Assembly (NCBI GenBank): GCA_964016885.1
Contig: OZ024752.1
Location: 25,358,001-25,422,000 of the forward strand
DNA length: 64,000 bases
Direction: 5' to 3'
From: Eledone cirrhosa
Lineage: Eukaryota
The notes beneath the pieces are model-generated. The model was given only the letters and a program-made list of their open reading frames with translations. It was not told the DNA's origin and ran no database searches. Position 1 is the stretch's first letter; each line of letters opens with the position of its first letter. Made by a program: the position numbers and the translations under genes. This document shows positions 38,950-52,366 of this stretch, piece after piece.

Positions 38950-39116
38950 GACGAACCCACAACATACACACGTCAACATACATACCTACATCAGCACACA
39001 TCTCTACCCACATATAAACACAATGAGATACGTAAACACACATGCTCTATGGTGCAACACAAAAAAAAAATATGTGTATATATATATATGTATATATATA
39101 TATATGTATATATATG

Positions 39117-39260
<144 letters not shown>

Positions 39261-39413
39261 GTGAATATATGTATGTGTATATATATATAGTGAATATCAT
39301 TTCACACCTTTTATTGTTAAGATTTTTGATGTTCTATTAAGAGAACCGATTTTACTGAAAAAATCGAATAATGTACACCATTTTACCAGGGGGGAAAAAA
39401 ATACTGGTCCACC

Positions 39414-39447
<34 letters not shown>

Positions 39448-39752
39448 CACACACATACACACGCGTACATTAACATACAAAGAGACTTATACACACACAC
39501 ACACACGCACTTCTCCGTATAAGACAAAAGCTGAAAAATATCTTTTGACATGCTAAAATACGATTGCTTACAGACACATTCTTACTGACCATCCCTGCTA
39601 CCACGAATTACTCTGCTATATACATACACACACACACACACACTTATCTTAATAGCCATTTGACACATATCCCTGCTAATCATTATCACAACATCGAACA
39701 CCTTATTACTACTACACACACACATATTTGTTGTGAAAGAGTCATTTCTCAA

Positions 39753-39999
39753 TCTTGGCGCAAAACCAATTTTTTATTCACATGACCTCTACCAACCAAT
39801 CAAAATTGTTTTGACCACAAGAATTTTTGCAAACACCAAGTAGCGCTGGAGCCACTTTTTTAACATAAAAACAGACTTGGCGCAAAATCAATTTTTTACA
39901 TTCACATGACCTCTACCGACCAATCAAAATTGTTTTGACCACAAGAATTTTTGCAACCCCAAAGTAGCGCTGGAGCCACTTTTTTAACATAAAAACAGG
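39753..39999. repeat. Two tandem copies of a ~124-bp unit
   Basis: cttggcgcaaaa...aacataaaaacag occurs twice. Confidence 0.85.
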
Positions 40000-40059
40000 T
40001 AGAATTCCCAAAACTAATCAGATCAGAGCAAACAACACGGACACACTATCTCAAAATTA

Positions 40060-40096
40060 TTTTTGAAAAGCAGTTAGAAATGCGCAACCGGTAAAA
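40060..40096 (+). ncRNA. Degenerate U3-A8 hammerhead-like motif
   Basis: ttt TTGAAAA gca-gttagaaa-tgc GCAA ccgg TA aaa, with GAAA changed to GCAA. Confidence 0.45.
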
Positions 40097-40218
40097 ACTT
40101 AAAAACTTAAAACCACAACGGAATACTAACCCATACAATTACTAATACTCTTTTATTCCTAATTAAACCATTTTTCAACTGTGAACAATTTGTCAGCATT
40201 TTCTATTCCGTTTACCAA

Positions 40219-40318
<100 letters not shown>

Positions 40319-40323
40319 TATAC

Positions 40324-40384
<61 letters not shown>

Positions 40385-40497
40385 AATACATATATATACA
40401 TATATATATATATTAAGATAAGCAGAACAAGTAAAATTCAATCAATTTTTTAAAATACATTAAAAAATATAATATAAATATTTACCTCTCCTAGTGG

Positions 40498-40575
40498 CCC
40501 TTACTAATCAGTTTCGCTTTGTAAAACCTCATAAATCCGATGGATTTATGATGGAAAACCAAAGCTCATCAGAGA
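40498..40575 (-). ncRNA. Hammerhead ribozyme (family E inverted arm)
   Basis: Reverse complement of 41000-41078 with a few substitutions. Confidence 0.75.
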
Positions 40576-40999
40576 AGCATTTTCCCTTCCTAGGGCTAAA
40601 CGTCCCAGGAACGACAAAATATATAACCTCCTGCCAGCAAATAAAGGTCTGAAAGGTCGTAAAAGCTGCTTATCTTAATATTAAAGTTCTGGTGTATCAA
40701 ATTAATACCATTGAACAACCTTGAATCATAGACAACCTATGTATTTCTGGGGGTACCTAGTATCCCTGGACATATTAACTTCAATCTCTTTCTCCGTCTG
40801 TTGAGAACAATTCTGTTGTTCTATTTAGCTGCTATCTTTTTAGTAGTAATTGTAGACAGCAAGTCTTTGATTTTCCCGCTTTTACTTCGGTCCAGTTTAC
40901 ATACGGGTCACTTTTACGACCTTTCAGACCTTTATTTGCTGGCAGGAGGTTATATATTTTGTCGTTCCTGGGACGTTTAGCCCTAGGAAGGGAAAATGC

Positions 41000-41078
41000 T
41001 TCTCTGATGAGCTTTGGTTTTCCATTATAAATCCATCGGATTTATGAGGTTTTACAAAGCGAAACTGATCAGTAAGGG
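41000..41078 (+). ncRNA. Type I hammerhead ribozyme with extended stem II (family E)
   Basis: ttct CTGATGA gctttg...ataaatcc-atc-ggatttat...caaagc GAAA ctgatcag TA aggg. Confidence 0.82.
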
Positions 41079-41280
41079 CCACTAGGAGAGGTAAATATTT
41101 ATATTATATTTTTTAATGTATTTTGAAAAATTGATTGAATTTTACTTGTTCTGCTTATCTTAATATTAAAGTTCTGGTGTATCAAATTAATACCATTGAA
41201 CAACCTTGAATCATAGACAACCTATGTATTTCTGGGGGTACCTAGTATCCCTGGACATATTAACTTCAATATATATATAC

Positions 41281-41325
<45 letters not shown>

Positions 41326-41330
41326 TATAC

Positions 41331-41499
<169 letters not shown>

Positions 41500-41502
41500 C
41501 AT

Positions 41503-41702
41503 TAGAAAGTGAGGTTTTTTTTACAAATTGAAAAATAACCGAGGTGTCCTACACGAGTGAAAGTATAAAGAAAAAGAGATAAAATCGAAAATGCAACAGG
41601 AGTCTTATTTTTTTTTAAAATATATATATTTATTTGGTTCCTTTACCGGTTTCGCAGTTCTTCTGCTTTTCAAAAGTAGAGTTGTGATAGAGGGTCTGTG
41701 GT
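41503..41702 (-). mobile_element. Family B terminus with U3-A8 HHR (41641-41676)
   Basis: Reverse complement of about 488-690. Confidence 0.8.
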
Positions 41703-41778
<76 letters not shown>

Positions 41779-41784
<6 letters not shown>

Positions 41785-41875
41785 TAACAGATTAAAGTTT
41801 AAGCAAAGAATCGCTGCTTTCACCCTTAGCAGCGATTCTTTGCTTAAACTTTAATCTGTTATTTTAATAAATATT
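41779..41875. repeat. Short fold-back of the Hydra-3 terminal sequence
   Basis: taaaataacag...cgctgct ttcaccctt agcagcg...ctgttatttta. The same terminus occurs at 16822, 52017 and 61673. Confidence 0.85.
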
Positions 41876-41956
41876 TGCTCTACGGTTCTTATATATTTGA
41901 TATATATTTTCCTTATCGAGCCCTCTTTGGATTTTAGTCTTCAATTTTATTATTAT

Positions 41957-41996
<40 letters not shown>

Positions 41997-42094
41997 CTGC
42001 GAAACAGGTAGTGTAACCAAATAAATATATATATTTTTAAAAAAATAAGACTCCAGTTGCATTTTCGATTTCATCTCTTTTTGTTTATATATAT

Positions 42095-42175
<81 letters not shown>

Positions 42176-42254
42176 TAACGAAGGAAATGTGGTAAGGAAC
42201 CAGGTGGACCATAACGCACCAAAGTACTCAATACTTGGGGTAGTAGAGTGGGTA

Positions 42255-42357
42255 ATAGGAACCAGTAAGACCCCGACGGCTGAGCTCAAGCCGTTTCGAC
42301 GGCTAATTAGCCGTCGAAACGGCTTGAGCTGAGCCATCGGGGTCTTACTGGTTCCTA
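42255..42357. repeat. Near-perfect ~100-bp palindrome containing the 3' half of an HHR
   Basis: Centre ctaattag. Minus strand reads GAAA cggct-tgagctc-agccg TC gggg. Confidence 0.8.
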
Positions 42358-42380
42358 TATACATATATATATATATATAC

Positions 42381-42413
<33 letters not shown>

Positions 42414-42440
42414 CATATATATACATATATATATATATAC

Positions 42441-42513
<73 letters not shown>

Positions 42514-42550
42514 TATATACATATATATATATATACATATATATACATAC

Positions 42551-42595
<45 letters not shown>

Positions 42596-42606
42596 CATAT
42601 ATATAC

Positions 42607-42695
<89 letters not shown>

Positions 42696-42818
42696 GGAGG
42701 TGAGTTTTATTGTAGTACAATAAAGCAATGCAGATATCGGATAAGAAGCACTCTACAGTTTGTGGGACTGGAGTATGCATAATATAAGATCAAAAGATGG
42801 TTAAAGGAGTTCAATATA

Positions 42819-42885
42819 TTTTATTATGCGCATTTCAAAAACAAACATCATCAAACAATAATATTTGTGTTTTCATCAGATAAAA
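42819..42885 (-). ncRNA. Type I hammerhead ribozyme (Hydra-4 inverted arm)
   Basis: Reverse complement of 46956-47022. Confidence 0.8.
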
Positions 42886-44184
42886 CAGGAGAACATGATA
42901 TGAAGGCTAAAAAAACACTTGTTGATAGTGCAGTTTTAAATCAACATATGAAAAGTGGTTTTAGATTGATGTGTGATATTGGGAAAAATATTTTATTTAG
43001 AGAGGGGGGAGAGAAAAGGATGAAAAGGGAAGGAGATGAGAGGGAGAGATGGGTGATAGAGAGAAAGAGATAGTTTTTATAACTGAGAGGAGATATATTT
43101 TATATAGAGGGGTTGAAAACCGTTGGAAGATACTGTATAAATTAAAAATTTTGAAAATTAACGAAGGGAGGATATGTGCGAGGAAAAAATATATTATATT
43201 TAGGGAGGGGGGGGTGGAAAGGATGAAAAAAAGGGGAGGAGATGAGAGTGAAGGTGGAAAGGGAGAGATGGGTGATAGAGAGAAAGAGATAGTTTTTATA
43301 ACTGAGAAAAAGATATAATGTTTTAATATAGAGAGGTTGGGAACCGTTGGAAGATAATGTATAAATTAAAGGAATTTGAAAATTAACGAAGGGAAATTAT
43401 GTATGAAGATAGAGAGAAAAAAATAATAATTGTGGGTGAATATTCTAACGTCAAAAGAAGAAATGTAGGAATTTTAAAATTAGCAAAGAGAAAAAGTTTA
43501 TGTGTAGAAGGATTTGAGAAAAATAATGTGAAGTTAAAGTTTGTATATTGAATTCATATGTATTAATAATGAGTTCGTTGATGGGGAGAAAAAAATAATA
43601 ATAAATTAAGGATGAAATTGAGATTAAAAAGATTTATGATAGAGAGAAAAAATAATAATGATTGCGGATGAATACTCAAAATGTCAAAAACAAATGTTAT
43701 TGTTTTACGAGGAGATAGAATGAGGGTAATGAGTAAACGAGTATTATAGAGTGTATAATGCCCTTTAAAGTAAGGTAGATTGGTATATTTTAAAGAATAT
43801 ATAAGTATATATTAAAAAAAATATATAATAATAAATTAAGGATGAAATTGAGATTAAAAAGATTTATGATAGAGAGAAAAAATAATAATGATTGCGGATG
43901 AATATTCAAAATGTCAAAAACAAATGTTATTGTTTTACGAGAAGATAGAATGAGGGTAATGAGTAAACGAGTATTATAGAGTGTATAATGCCCTTTAAAG
44001 TAAGGTAGATGGGTATATTTTAAAGAGGTGTATGTATATGTGCCTTTGAGAAAAGATTCTAAATTGATAAAGAATTGAATATTAACTGTATACTTTGTGA
44101 AAAGTTCTATGGAATTTATGCAGGCAGATAGAAAACAAATCTGAGCGTCTATTTATTATGGATTCTAGGTTAGAGATAATGCTC

Positions 44185-45753
44185 TATCTTTCGCACTTAA
44201 ATATTCTGACATCACCACAGATGAACTTCACATCATCCTCACCGCACGTAAAACCATCCTAGAGTTCAACAACGAATATTGGACCAGAGCCGATACCTCT
44301 AACAACTTCGACATCACAATGGGAGCATCCGATTCATCCCAATTGACTGATTTAATTGGTATCTTCATTTTGAACTCTTTGAGTCGGAAAATTCCTCAAC
44401 TTCGCGGTGGAATTTATCGTGACGATGGACTCTTTACTATCCTAAATTGCAATATAGTTAAACTTAATATTATTAAGAATCTCTTTAATACGTAATCTCT
44501 TTAACCAACATAACCTAAAAATTGAATTTGATAATAGTACCAAACTAGCTAATTTCTTGGATGTATCTCTTAATCTTGACACTGGCCTATATTACCCTTA
44601 CCATAAAAACAATGAGAATCTTAATTATGTTAACTTTAAATCTAACCATCCTACCAATATCAAGAATGCTATAGTTAATAATATTGGAAATAGAATATCT
44701 AACATATCTTCTAATAAAAACATCTTTGATGCTAACGCCAATTACTATAATAACGCACTTTCTAAAGCCGGCTATCCAGATAAAATCAAATATAATAAAG
44801 AAACAAATTCTAGGAAAACTTACAGTAGAATATTTAATCATAACCATTCCAATAATTTTAATAAAAGACCTAGATACAAAAACATAATCTGGTATAATGC
44901 TCCTTTCTCCATCTCTATTAATAACAATATTCCTAAATTATTTTTTAGTGCCTTAAATAAATGCTTCCCTCCCTCACATATCTATAGTAAAATATTTAAC
45001 AAACACACCATCAAATTTTCGTATTCTACATCCTCCAATATTTCCAACATCATCTCTAAACACAACAACAAAATATTAAATACTAAATCTCTTCCTTCCA
45101 ATATTGAATTTCATAATAACAGTAATAGTACTCCTGACGTCATTGTAAACCCTAGGCTAACTTCTGTAAACCCAAATGCAACGTCAAACACAACTTCGCT
45201 AAATGTTCATAATCCAACTCTAAATCAAGAAACTATTATTCCTATTATTCCTATCGCAAACAACTTCTCCAATCCAATTCCTTCTATAGATAACACTAGA
45301 TCACTCATTAATAATCTCTCTAATTGCAACTGCCGCATTAAAAATAAATGTCCTCTCAACAACCATTGCCTCGATAAAAACTTAATTTATGAATGTAAAA
45401 TTATAACTAGCACCAATTCCTTCACCTATTTTGGCTCCACTTCCACCTCTTTTAAAGCTCGTCTCTATAATCATCATTCATCTTTCAAATACAAACTTAA
45501 AAGAACTAACACTGCTCTCTCAGAACTCATATGGTCCTTAAAAGACAAAAACATTAAATATAACATCTTTTGGAAAAAGATTTCTTCTGCATCCTCATAC
45601 TTGAACAGCTCTCTATCTAAAATCTGTAATCTCTGCCTAAATGAAAAATTTACCATTATCTCTAACCTAGAATCCATAATAAATAGACGCTCAGATTTGT
45701 TTTCTATCTGCCTGCATAAATTCCATAGAACTTTTCACAAAGTATACAGTTAA
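44185..45753 (+). pseudogene. PLE RT C-terminus plus GIY-YIG
   Basis: FDITMGASDS, GGIYRDDG, FLDVSL, IIWYNAPF and YFGSTSTSFKAR. One frameshift near 44490. Confidence 0.9.
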
Positions 45754-45810
45754 TATTCAATTCTTTATCAATTTAGAATCTTTTCTCAAAGGCACATATA
45801 CATACACCTC

Positions 45811-46245
45811 TTTAAAATATACCCATCTACCTTACTTTAAAGGGCATTATACACTCTATAATACTCGTTTACTCATTACCCTCATTCTATCTTCTCGTAA
45901 AACAATAACATTTGTTTTTGACATTTTGAATATTCATCCGCAATCATTATTATTTTTTCTCTCTATCATAAATCTTTTAAATCTCAATTTCATCCTTAAT
46001 TTATTATTATATATTTTTTTTAATATATACTCATATATTCTTTAAAATATACCCATCTACCTTACTTTAAAGGGCATTATACACTCTATAATACTCGTTT
46101 ACTCATTACCCTCATTCTATCTCCTCGTAAAACAATAACATTTGTTTTTGACATTTTGAGTATTCATCCGCAATCATTATTATTTTTTCTCTCTATCATA
46201 AATCTTTTTAATCTCAATTTCATCCTTAATTTATTATTATTTTTT
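45811..46245. repeat. Tandem ~230-bp duplication in the Hydra-4 3' UTR
   Basis: tttaaaatatacccatc starts at 45811 and 46041. Mirrored in the inverted arm. Confidence 0.85.
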
Positions 46246-46955
46246 TCTCCCCATCAACGAACTCATTATTAATACATATGAATTCAATATACAAACTTTA
46301 ACTTCACATTATTTTTCTCAAATCCTTCTACACATAAACTTTTTCTCTTTGCTAATTTTAAAATTCCTACATTTCTTCTTTTGACGTTAGAATATTCACC
46401 CACAATTATTATTTTTTTCTCTCTATCTTCATACATAATTTCCCTTCGTTAATTTTCAAATTCCTTTAATTTATACATTATCTTCCAACGGTTCCCAACC
46501 TCTCTATATTAAAACATTATATCTTTTTCTCAGTTATAAAAACTATCTCTTTCTCTCTATCACCCATCTCTCCCTTTCCACCTTCACTCTCATCTCCTCC
46601 CCTTTTTTTCATCCTTTCCACCCCCCCCCCCTCCCTAAATATAATATATTTTTTCCTCGCACATATCCTCCCTTCGTTAATTTTCAAAATTTTTAATTTA
46701 TCCAGTATTTTCCAACGGTTTTCAACCCCTCTATATAAAATATATCTCCTCTCAGTTATAAAAACTATCTCTTTCTCTCTATCACCCATCTCTCCCTCTC
46801 ATCTCCTTCCCTTTTCATCCTTTTCTCTCCCCCCCCCTCTCTAAATAAAATATTTTTCCCAATATCACACATCAATCTAAAACCACTTTTCATATGTTGA
46901 TTTAAAACTGCACTATCAACAAGTGTTTTTTTAGCCTTCATATCATGTTCTCCTG

Positions 46956-47022
46956 TTTTATCTGATGAAAACACAAATATTATTGTTTGATGATGTTTGT
47001 TTTTGAAATGCGCATAATAAAA
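46956..47022 (+). ncRNA. Type I hammerhead ribozyme (Hydra-4 3' end)
   Basis: ttttat CTGATGA aaacacaaatatta...tgatgtttgttttt GAAA tgcgca TA ataaaa. Confidence 0.8.
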
Positions 47023-47060
47023 TATATTGAACTCCTTTAACCATCTTTTGATCTTATATT

Positions 47061-47718
<658 letters not shown>

Positions 47719-47879
47719 GGAGGAGGTTATAGTTCACTTGAAGCATTGTGTAATGAGGTATAAACGTTTGAATATGTATAATAAAGCCAAAACAATGCAG
47801 GTATGAACATAGAAAAAAGAATGCAATTGCAAAAGATATTGTTGACAATTCGTCTTTTACCTTAGATTTATTTTAAACG

Positions 47880-47916
47880 TCCTTAATTTTCGAGATAATA
47901 TCTCTTCTTCAGAGGG
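47880..47916 (-). ncRNA. Minimal hammerhead ribozyme
   Basis: cct CTGAAGA a gagat-att-atctc GAAA at TA agg. Confidence 0.65.
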
Positions 47917-48321
47917 AAATAAAGGTCTCAAACCAGCGTTCTAAATATCTTGCCAAGCCATGCTGCCAGGAAATAGTATAGAGTATCTGTTCTATCTCTA
48001 ATGTCAAAGAGTTAAAATTAGGTGGATAAAGAGTAGTCTCCCTTTAAAAGGGGTTTGTTTAGGGTTTTTTTAATATTTTTTTATATACACGCCTGTTTAA
48101 GTGTGTGGGAGAATGCATGAAGGTGTAAGTATGTGAGTGTGTGTGTGTGCGTGTGAGAAGATAAGTCTATTCGTAAATGTGGGGGATAGGTGTTATCTGG
48201 TGTTAGAACTGGTTTTGTGTGTGTATGTGTGAGAGAGAATAAGTGGAGGTGTAAGCGTGTGTGTGTGTGTGTGCGTGCGTGTGTGTGTATGGGGTGTGTA
48301 AATATGGGGCTAGAAGCCCTA

Positions 48322-49062
48322 TCAGGTTATAAATTGGGTGTTGAGTTCTAGTCTATTATTGATAGGTGGTTGTGTTTTATCTATAATTAGTGCTTCCTTA
48401 ATTCTAAGATTGCCGAGGTTTCTTTCCTTAGTTTCTATCCTAACTGTTATGGTTTTGTCGGTGTTTTTGCATTTAACTAGGTGTTTCTTAAATGAGGAAG
48501 CGTTAGTATTGAGGTGTTCTTTTATTCTTATGTGGAGTGGTCTGGTGGTGCTACCTACGTAGAAGTTGTTGCATTTGTCACACTCTAGTCTGTATACGAC
48601 GTAAGCCTGGTGGCATAGGTCTGTGTCGTTGATGGGGCAGTTGGCTAGTCTGCAGCAGTTGTCATGTCTGGTGGAGTGTCTTTTGGCTAGCTGTCCGCGC
48701 AGAGAAGGACCTGAGTGGGCCAGTTGGATATCTAGTCCTTCTCGTCTGATGGCTCTGCGGATGGCTGTTGTTGTTTCTTCACTGAAGTGTGGGAGCTTCA
48801 GGAAGCAAGTGTTAGTGCCTCGGGTGTGGTGTCCTCTGTTCTTTCTGGCACGGTTTGTGGTGGATGTCGTGTATCCGTTCAGTTTTAGTACTTCCAGGAA
48901 ATGTGTGGTGTGTGTGTCTCGGTCTCTAGCATCGGTGCATTTGTTCCGGATACGTGCCAGTTCGTTCCTTATGTATCCGAACTTGGCACCGAGTGGGAGG
49001 GCCGATCTGAAATGTACGAACAGGTCCCTGCTGGCGGCTTTTTTATAGAAGCAGGTGTGGAT
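48322..49062 (-). CDS. PLE thumb plus GIY-YIG fragment (246 aa, no start codon, absent from ORF track)
   Basis: Manual translation gives FYKKAASRDLFVHFRSALP...NGY...CRLANCPI...VVYRLECDKCNNFYVGSTTRPLHIRIKEH...IKEAL...PPINNRLE. Confidence 0.88.
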   Translation of the reverse strand: MHTCFYKKAASRDLFVHFRSALPLGAKFGYIRNELARIRNKCTDARDRDTHTTHFLEVLKLNGYTTSTTNRARKNRGHHTRGTNTCFLKLPHFSEETTTAIRRAIRREGLDIQLAHSGPSLRGQLAKRHSTRHDNCCRLANCPINDTDLCHQAYVVYRLECDKCNNFYVGSTTRPLHIRIKEHLNTNASSFKKHLVKCKNTDKTITVRIETKERNLGNLRIKEALIIDKTQPPINNRLELNTQFIT

Positions 49063-49063
49063 G

Positions 49064-49119
<56 letters not shown>

Positions 49120-49160
49120 AAGAAAAAGAGATGAAATCGAAAATGCAACTGGAGTCTTAT

Positions 49161-52003
49161 TTGTATACTGTATTTAGTTCGGACAGGAAAGAGAGAACTC
49201 ATGGTGGGGTTGCTCTGTATATCCGTGAAGATGTCACACCAATTGTACTGTTGACACATTCAAACTCAGTCTGTGACACACTGATAGTACATATGAAGCA
49301 ACTACAGACAGTAATATGTGTCACATATCGGCCGCCCGATGCCCCCAGTCATGAGGGTAAATTTGAGGATAGCCTAAGTAGGATAGAAGAGGTCCTTGAC
49401 AAACTGGACCAGGGTCTCAACATTCTACTGCTGGGAGACTTCAACCTACCAAAGGTCAAATGGCCTGAGGGCCACCTCCTCCCTGGAATGACGTCAATAG
49501 AACAGAGACAGACGGAATCCCTGCTGGCCCTCACACACAGGCTGTTCATGGAGCAAACAATACTCCTCCCAACAAGAGGGGAAAATGTCCTGGACCTCTG
49601 TTTTACAAACAACGAAGTGCTCATCCCCAATGTAAAGGTGACACCAACAACTCTCTCATAACTTAGTAGAGCTAATGATATGTGGTCCAAGAGAACCAAC
49701 AGAGATAAAACCACCAAGAAGCTCCGGGAGGTTATGCAGCCTTAACTTCTACAAGGCTAACTGGAAAAAGATTAAGAGAGAAATCCGGAAGCAAACATGG
49801 AGTGAAAACACCGCCACACAAGACACTAACACACAATTTCAACACTTCATGACAACGATACACACTATATGCAAAAAGTTTGTCCCGGAGAAAGAGGCAA
49901 ACAGACACAAAAATCTTATTCCCAGAGATAGGAAAATCCTTATGAGACGTAGAACTAAACTCTCAAACCAGTTGAATAGTCAACAAAACAAAAACAAGAA
50001 GGAATCCTATTTGAAACGTGCACTACTTGACACCGAGATTGCACTCAAACTTTCACATGAGAATGAGAGGGCAAAGAAAGAGAACAGGGCCATAGAAAAC
50101 ATTAAAACAAACCCTAAGGCCTTCTTTAAATTTGCAAAAGAAACTGCCTCAGTACACTGCAAGATTGGGCCACTCTTCCACACGGACGGTTCATTAACCG
50201 AAAACCCCCAAGAGATATGTGAAATACTGAACGAACAGTACAAAAGTGTCTTCACATGTCCACTGAGGCACATGCAAATAACGAAGCCAGAGGAGTTCTT
50301 CGATGCCACAACACTACATCAAGAAATGGCAACCATCAACCACATAGACATAACGGAGGAGGATGTGGTGTACGCCATTGATGAAATTAGACCTGATGGA
50401 TTCCCAGCAGTCCTCTTAAAAATATGTAAGCGGGCCTTAGCAACTCCACTGAAGATTCTCTTCAGAAGCTCCTTGGCTAGCTGAAAGAAGGCACAATATG
50501 CCCTATCCATAAAGGAGGTAGTAGAGCGGAGGCCAAGAACTATAGGCCAGTCTCCCTGACGTCGCATATCAGTAAGGTCATGGAGCGAGTCATCAGAAAG
50601 AAACTAATCACTTTCCTCGAAGAAAATAACCGCCTGACTAGCACGCAACATGGCTTCCGCCCAGGAAGAAGCTGCCTTACACAGCTGCTACATCACTACG
50701 ACTGGGTACTGAGACAACTACTAGACAGCTCACATGTGGACGTGATATATCTTGACTTTGCGAAGGCCTTTGACAAGGTCGACCACGGAATGATATGTCA
50801 CAAACTACACGGACTCGGCATAACTGGAAAAGAAGATGAGTGGCTGCATCGCTTCCTAAGGGACAGAAGCCAGGCAGTCGCAGCAAATGGGGCCCTCTCG
50901 AGGGAAACACCGATAACAAGTGGGGTGCCCCAGGGGACAGTCCTTGGACCACTACTGTTTTTGGTGTCTCTCTCGGACATGCCCTCTGTGGTGCATGCAA
51001 CAACATCCCTCACTAGCTATGCTGATGACACTAAGGTAGCACAGGCGATCAAAAACCCGGCTGACGCTGCCCTTTTACAGCAGGATCTGGAAGAAATGGG
51101 CGGAAGAAAACAACATGCAGTTTAATGCTGGCAAATTCCAAGCCCTACAATACAAACCTGCAAACACAAATATAGTGGAACACAGCTACACAGGACCAGG
51201 AGGAACTGATATCCCCGTGTCAAAATCGATACGAGACCTGGGCATAGACATGAGCGATGATGCATCTTTTTCTTCACACAACATGAAAGTGGCGACAATG
51301 TGCAGACGACTCGCTGGCTGGATCTTGAGGACTTTCCTTACAAGAGATCGAGACACCATGTTGACACTGTGGAAGACTTTTGTCCTAAGCCGCCTGGACT
51401 ACTGCTCCCAGTTGTGGTCACCCCATAGTGTCATACTAACCACGGAGCTTGAGGTAATCCAGCGAAGCTACACCAAGAGGATTGCCAAGATGGGGGAGAC
51501 AAGCTACTGGGAGAGGCTAAAGGAACTGAACCTCTACTCCTTGGAGCGAAGACGGGAGAGATACGCAGTGATCTACATGTGGAAAATCCTGGAGGGACTA
51601 GCACCAAACTTTGGCATTGGGAGCTGGACCAACCGTCGAACAGGACGTCACTGTGTGGTGCCAAAGGTCCCGTCTTACACATCTAGAATAAGGAGCAGGT
51701 ATTGCAATAGCCTGGGATTCAAGGGCCCTCAACTCTTCAACAGGCTGCCGAGGCATCTGAGAGACTTGCATGACGTGGAGGTGGATGTCTTTAAGGAACA
51801 TCTCGACACCTTGTTATCCAGGATCCCGGATGAGCCCACAGCAAGACACGAGGGAAACCTAAGGGCAGCAGCAACAAACTCCCTCCTACACCAGTGGCCA
51901 ACCTATACAGGCTGGAGATAAAATGTGTAGCAACAAGGGCGGTGCCCCAGCATGGCCTCAGCCGAATGGCTGAAACAGGTAAAAGAGTAAAAGAGTAAAA
52001 GAG
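49161..52003 (+). mobile_element. CR1/L2-group LINE, 5'-truncated ORF2 (APE plus RT), degraded
   Basis: GGVALYI, YRPP, GDFN, LDLCF, QHGFRPGRSC, YLDFAKAFDKV, SGVPQGTVLGP, YADD and LERRR. 3' tail (GTAAAAGA)3. Confidence 0.92.
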
Positions 52004-52137
52004 ATATATATTTATATTTATTAAAATAACAGATTAAAGTTTAAGCAAAGAATCGCTGCTTATGTATATATATATATATATATATATATAAATATATATA
52101 TATATAAATATATATATGTATATACATATATAAATAT

Positions 52138-52192
<55 letters not shown>

Positions 52193-52258
52193 ATAAAAAA
52201 TAAATCAGGAAAGAAGATAGACACGGTTTGCTATACAAAAAAGGTTTTTTAATCTCAT

Positions 52259-52366
52259 TGCTGACAATTGTTTCTCTGAACTGGTTGGTCTAGAGATCGC
52301 TATTCGCTTGTTTTCTCGTTACTCGATCGCCAATACAAAATTATAACCACTCAGTTCTTCGGAGCA
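52259..52366 (-). ncRNA. Hammerhead-like motif with long stem II and CCGAAGA core
   Basis: tgct CCGAAGA a-ctga-gtggtt...aacca-gt-tcag-a GAAA caattg TC agca. Confidence 0.55.

Larger units (their letters stand above)
40413..41270. mobile_element. Non-coding HHR unit, family E (485-bp period) with inverted arm 40413-40665
   Basis: 40666-40785 is repeated at 41151-41270. The arm is the inverse of about 40912-41165. TA flanks. Confidence 0.8.
42781..47060 (+). mobile_element. Hydra-like PLE family 4, 5'-truncated, with a 1.33-kb inverted copy of its 3' end
   Basis: 42781-44121 is the inverse of about 45714-47060. RT/EN lies between the arms. Confidence 0.93.
47719..49063 (-). mobile_element. 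5'-truncated PLE (Nematis/Poseidon-like)
   Basis: Thumb plus GIY-YIG open frame, followed by a 3' UTR with an HHR. Confidence 0.82.

Noticed and set aside
42781-47060. DNA transposon with long TIRs
   Set aside because: The arms are the element's own 3' UTR and the enclosed protein is RT/GIY-YIG, not a transposase.
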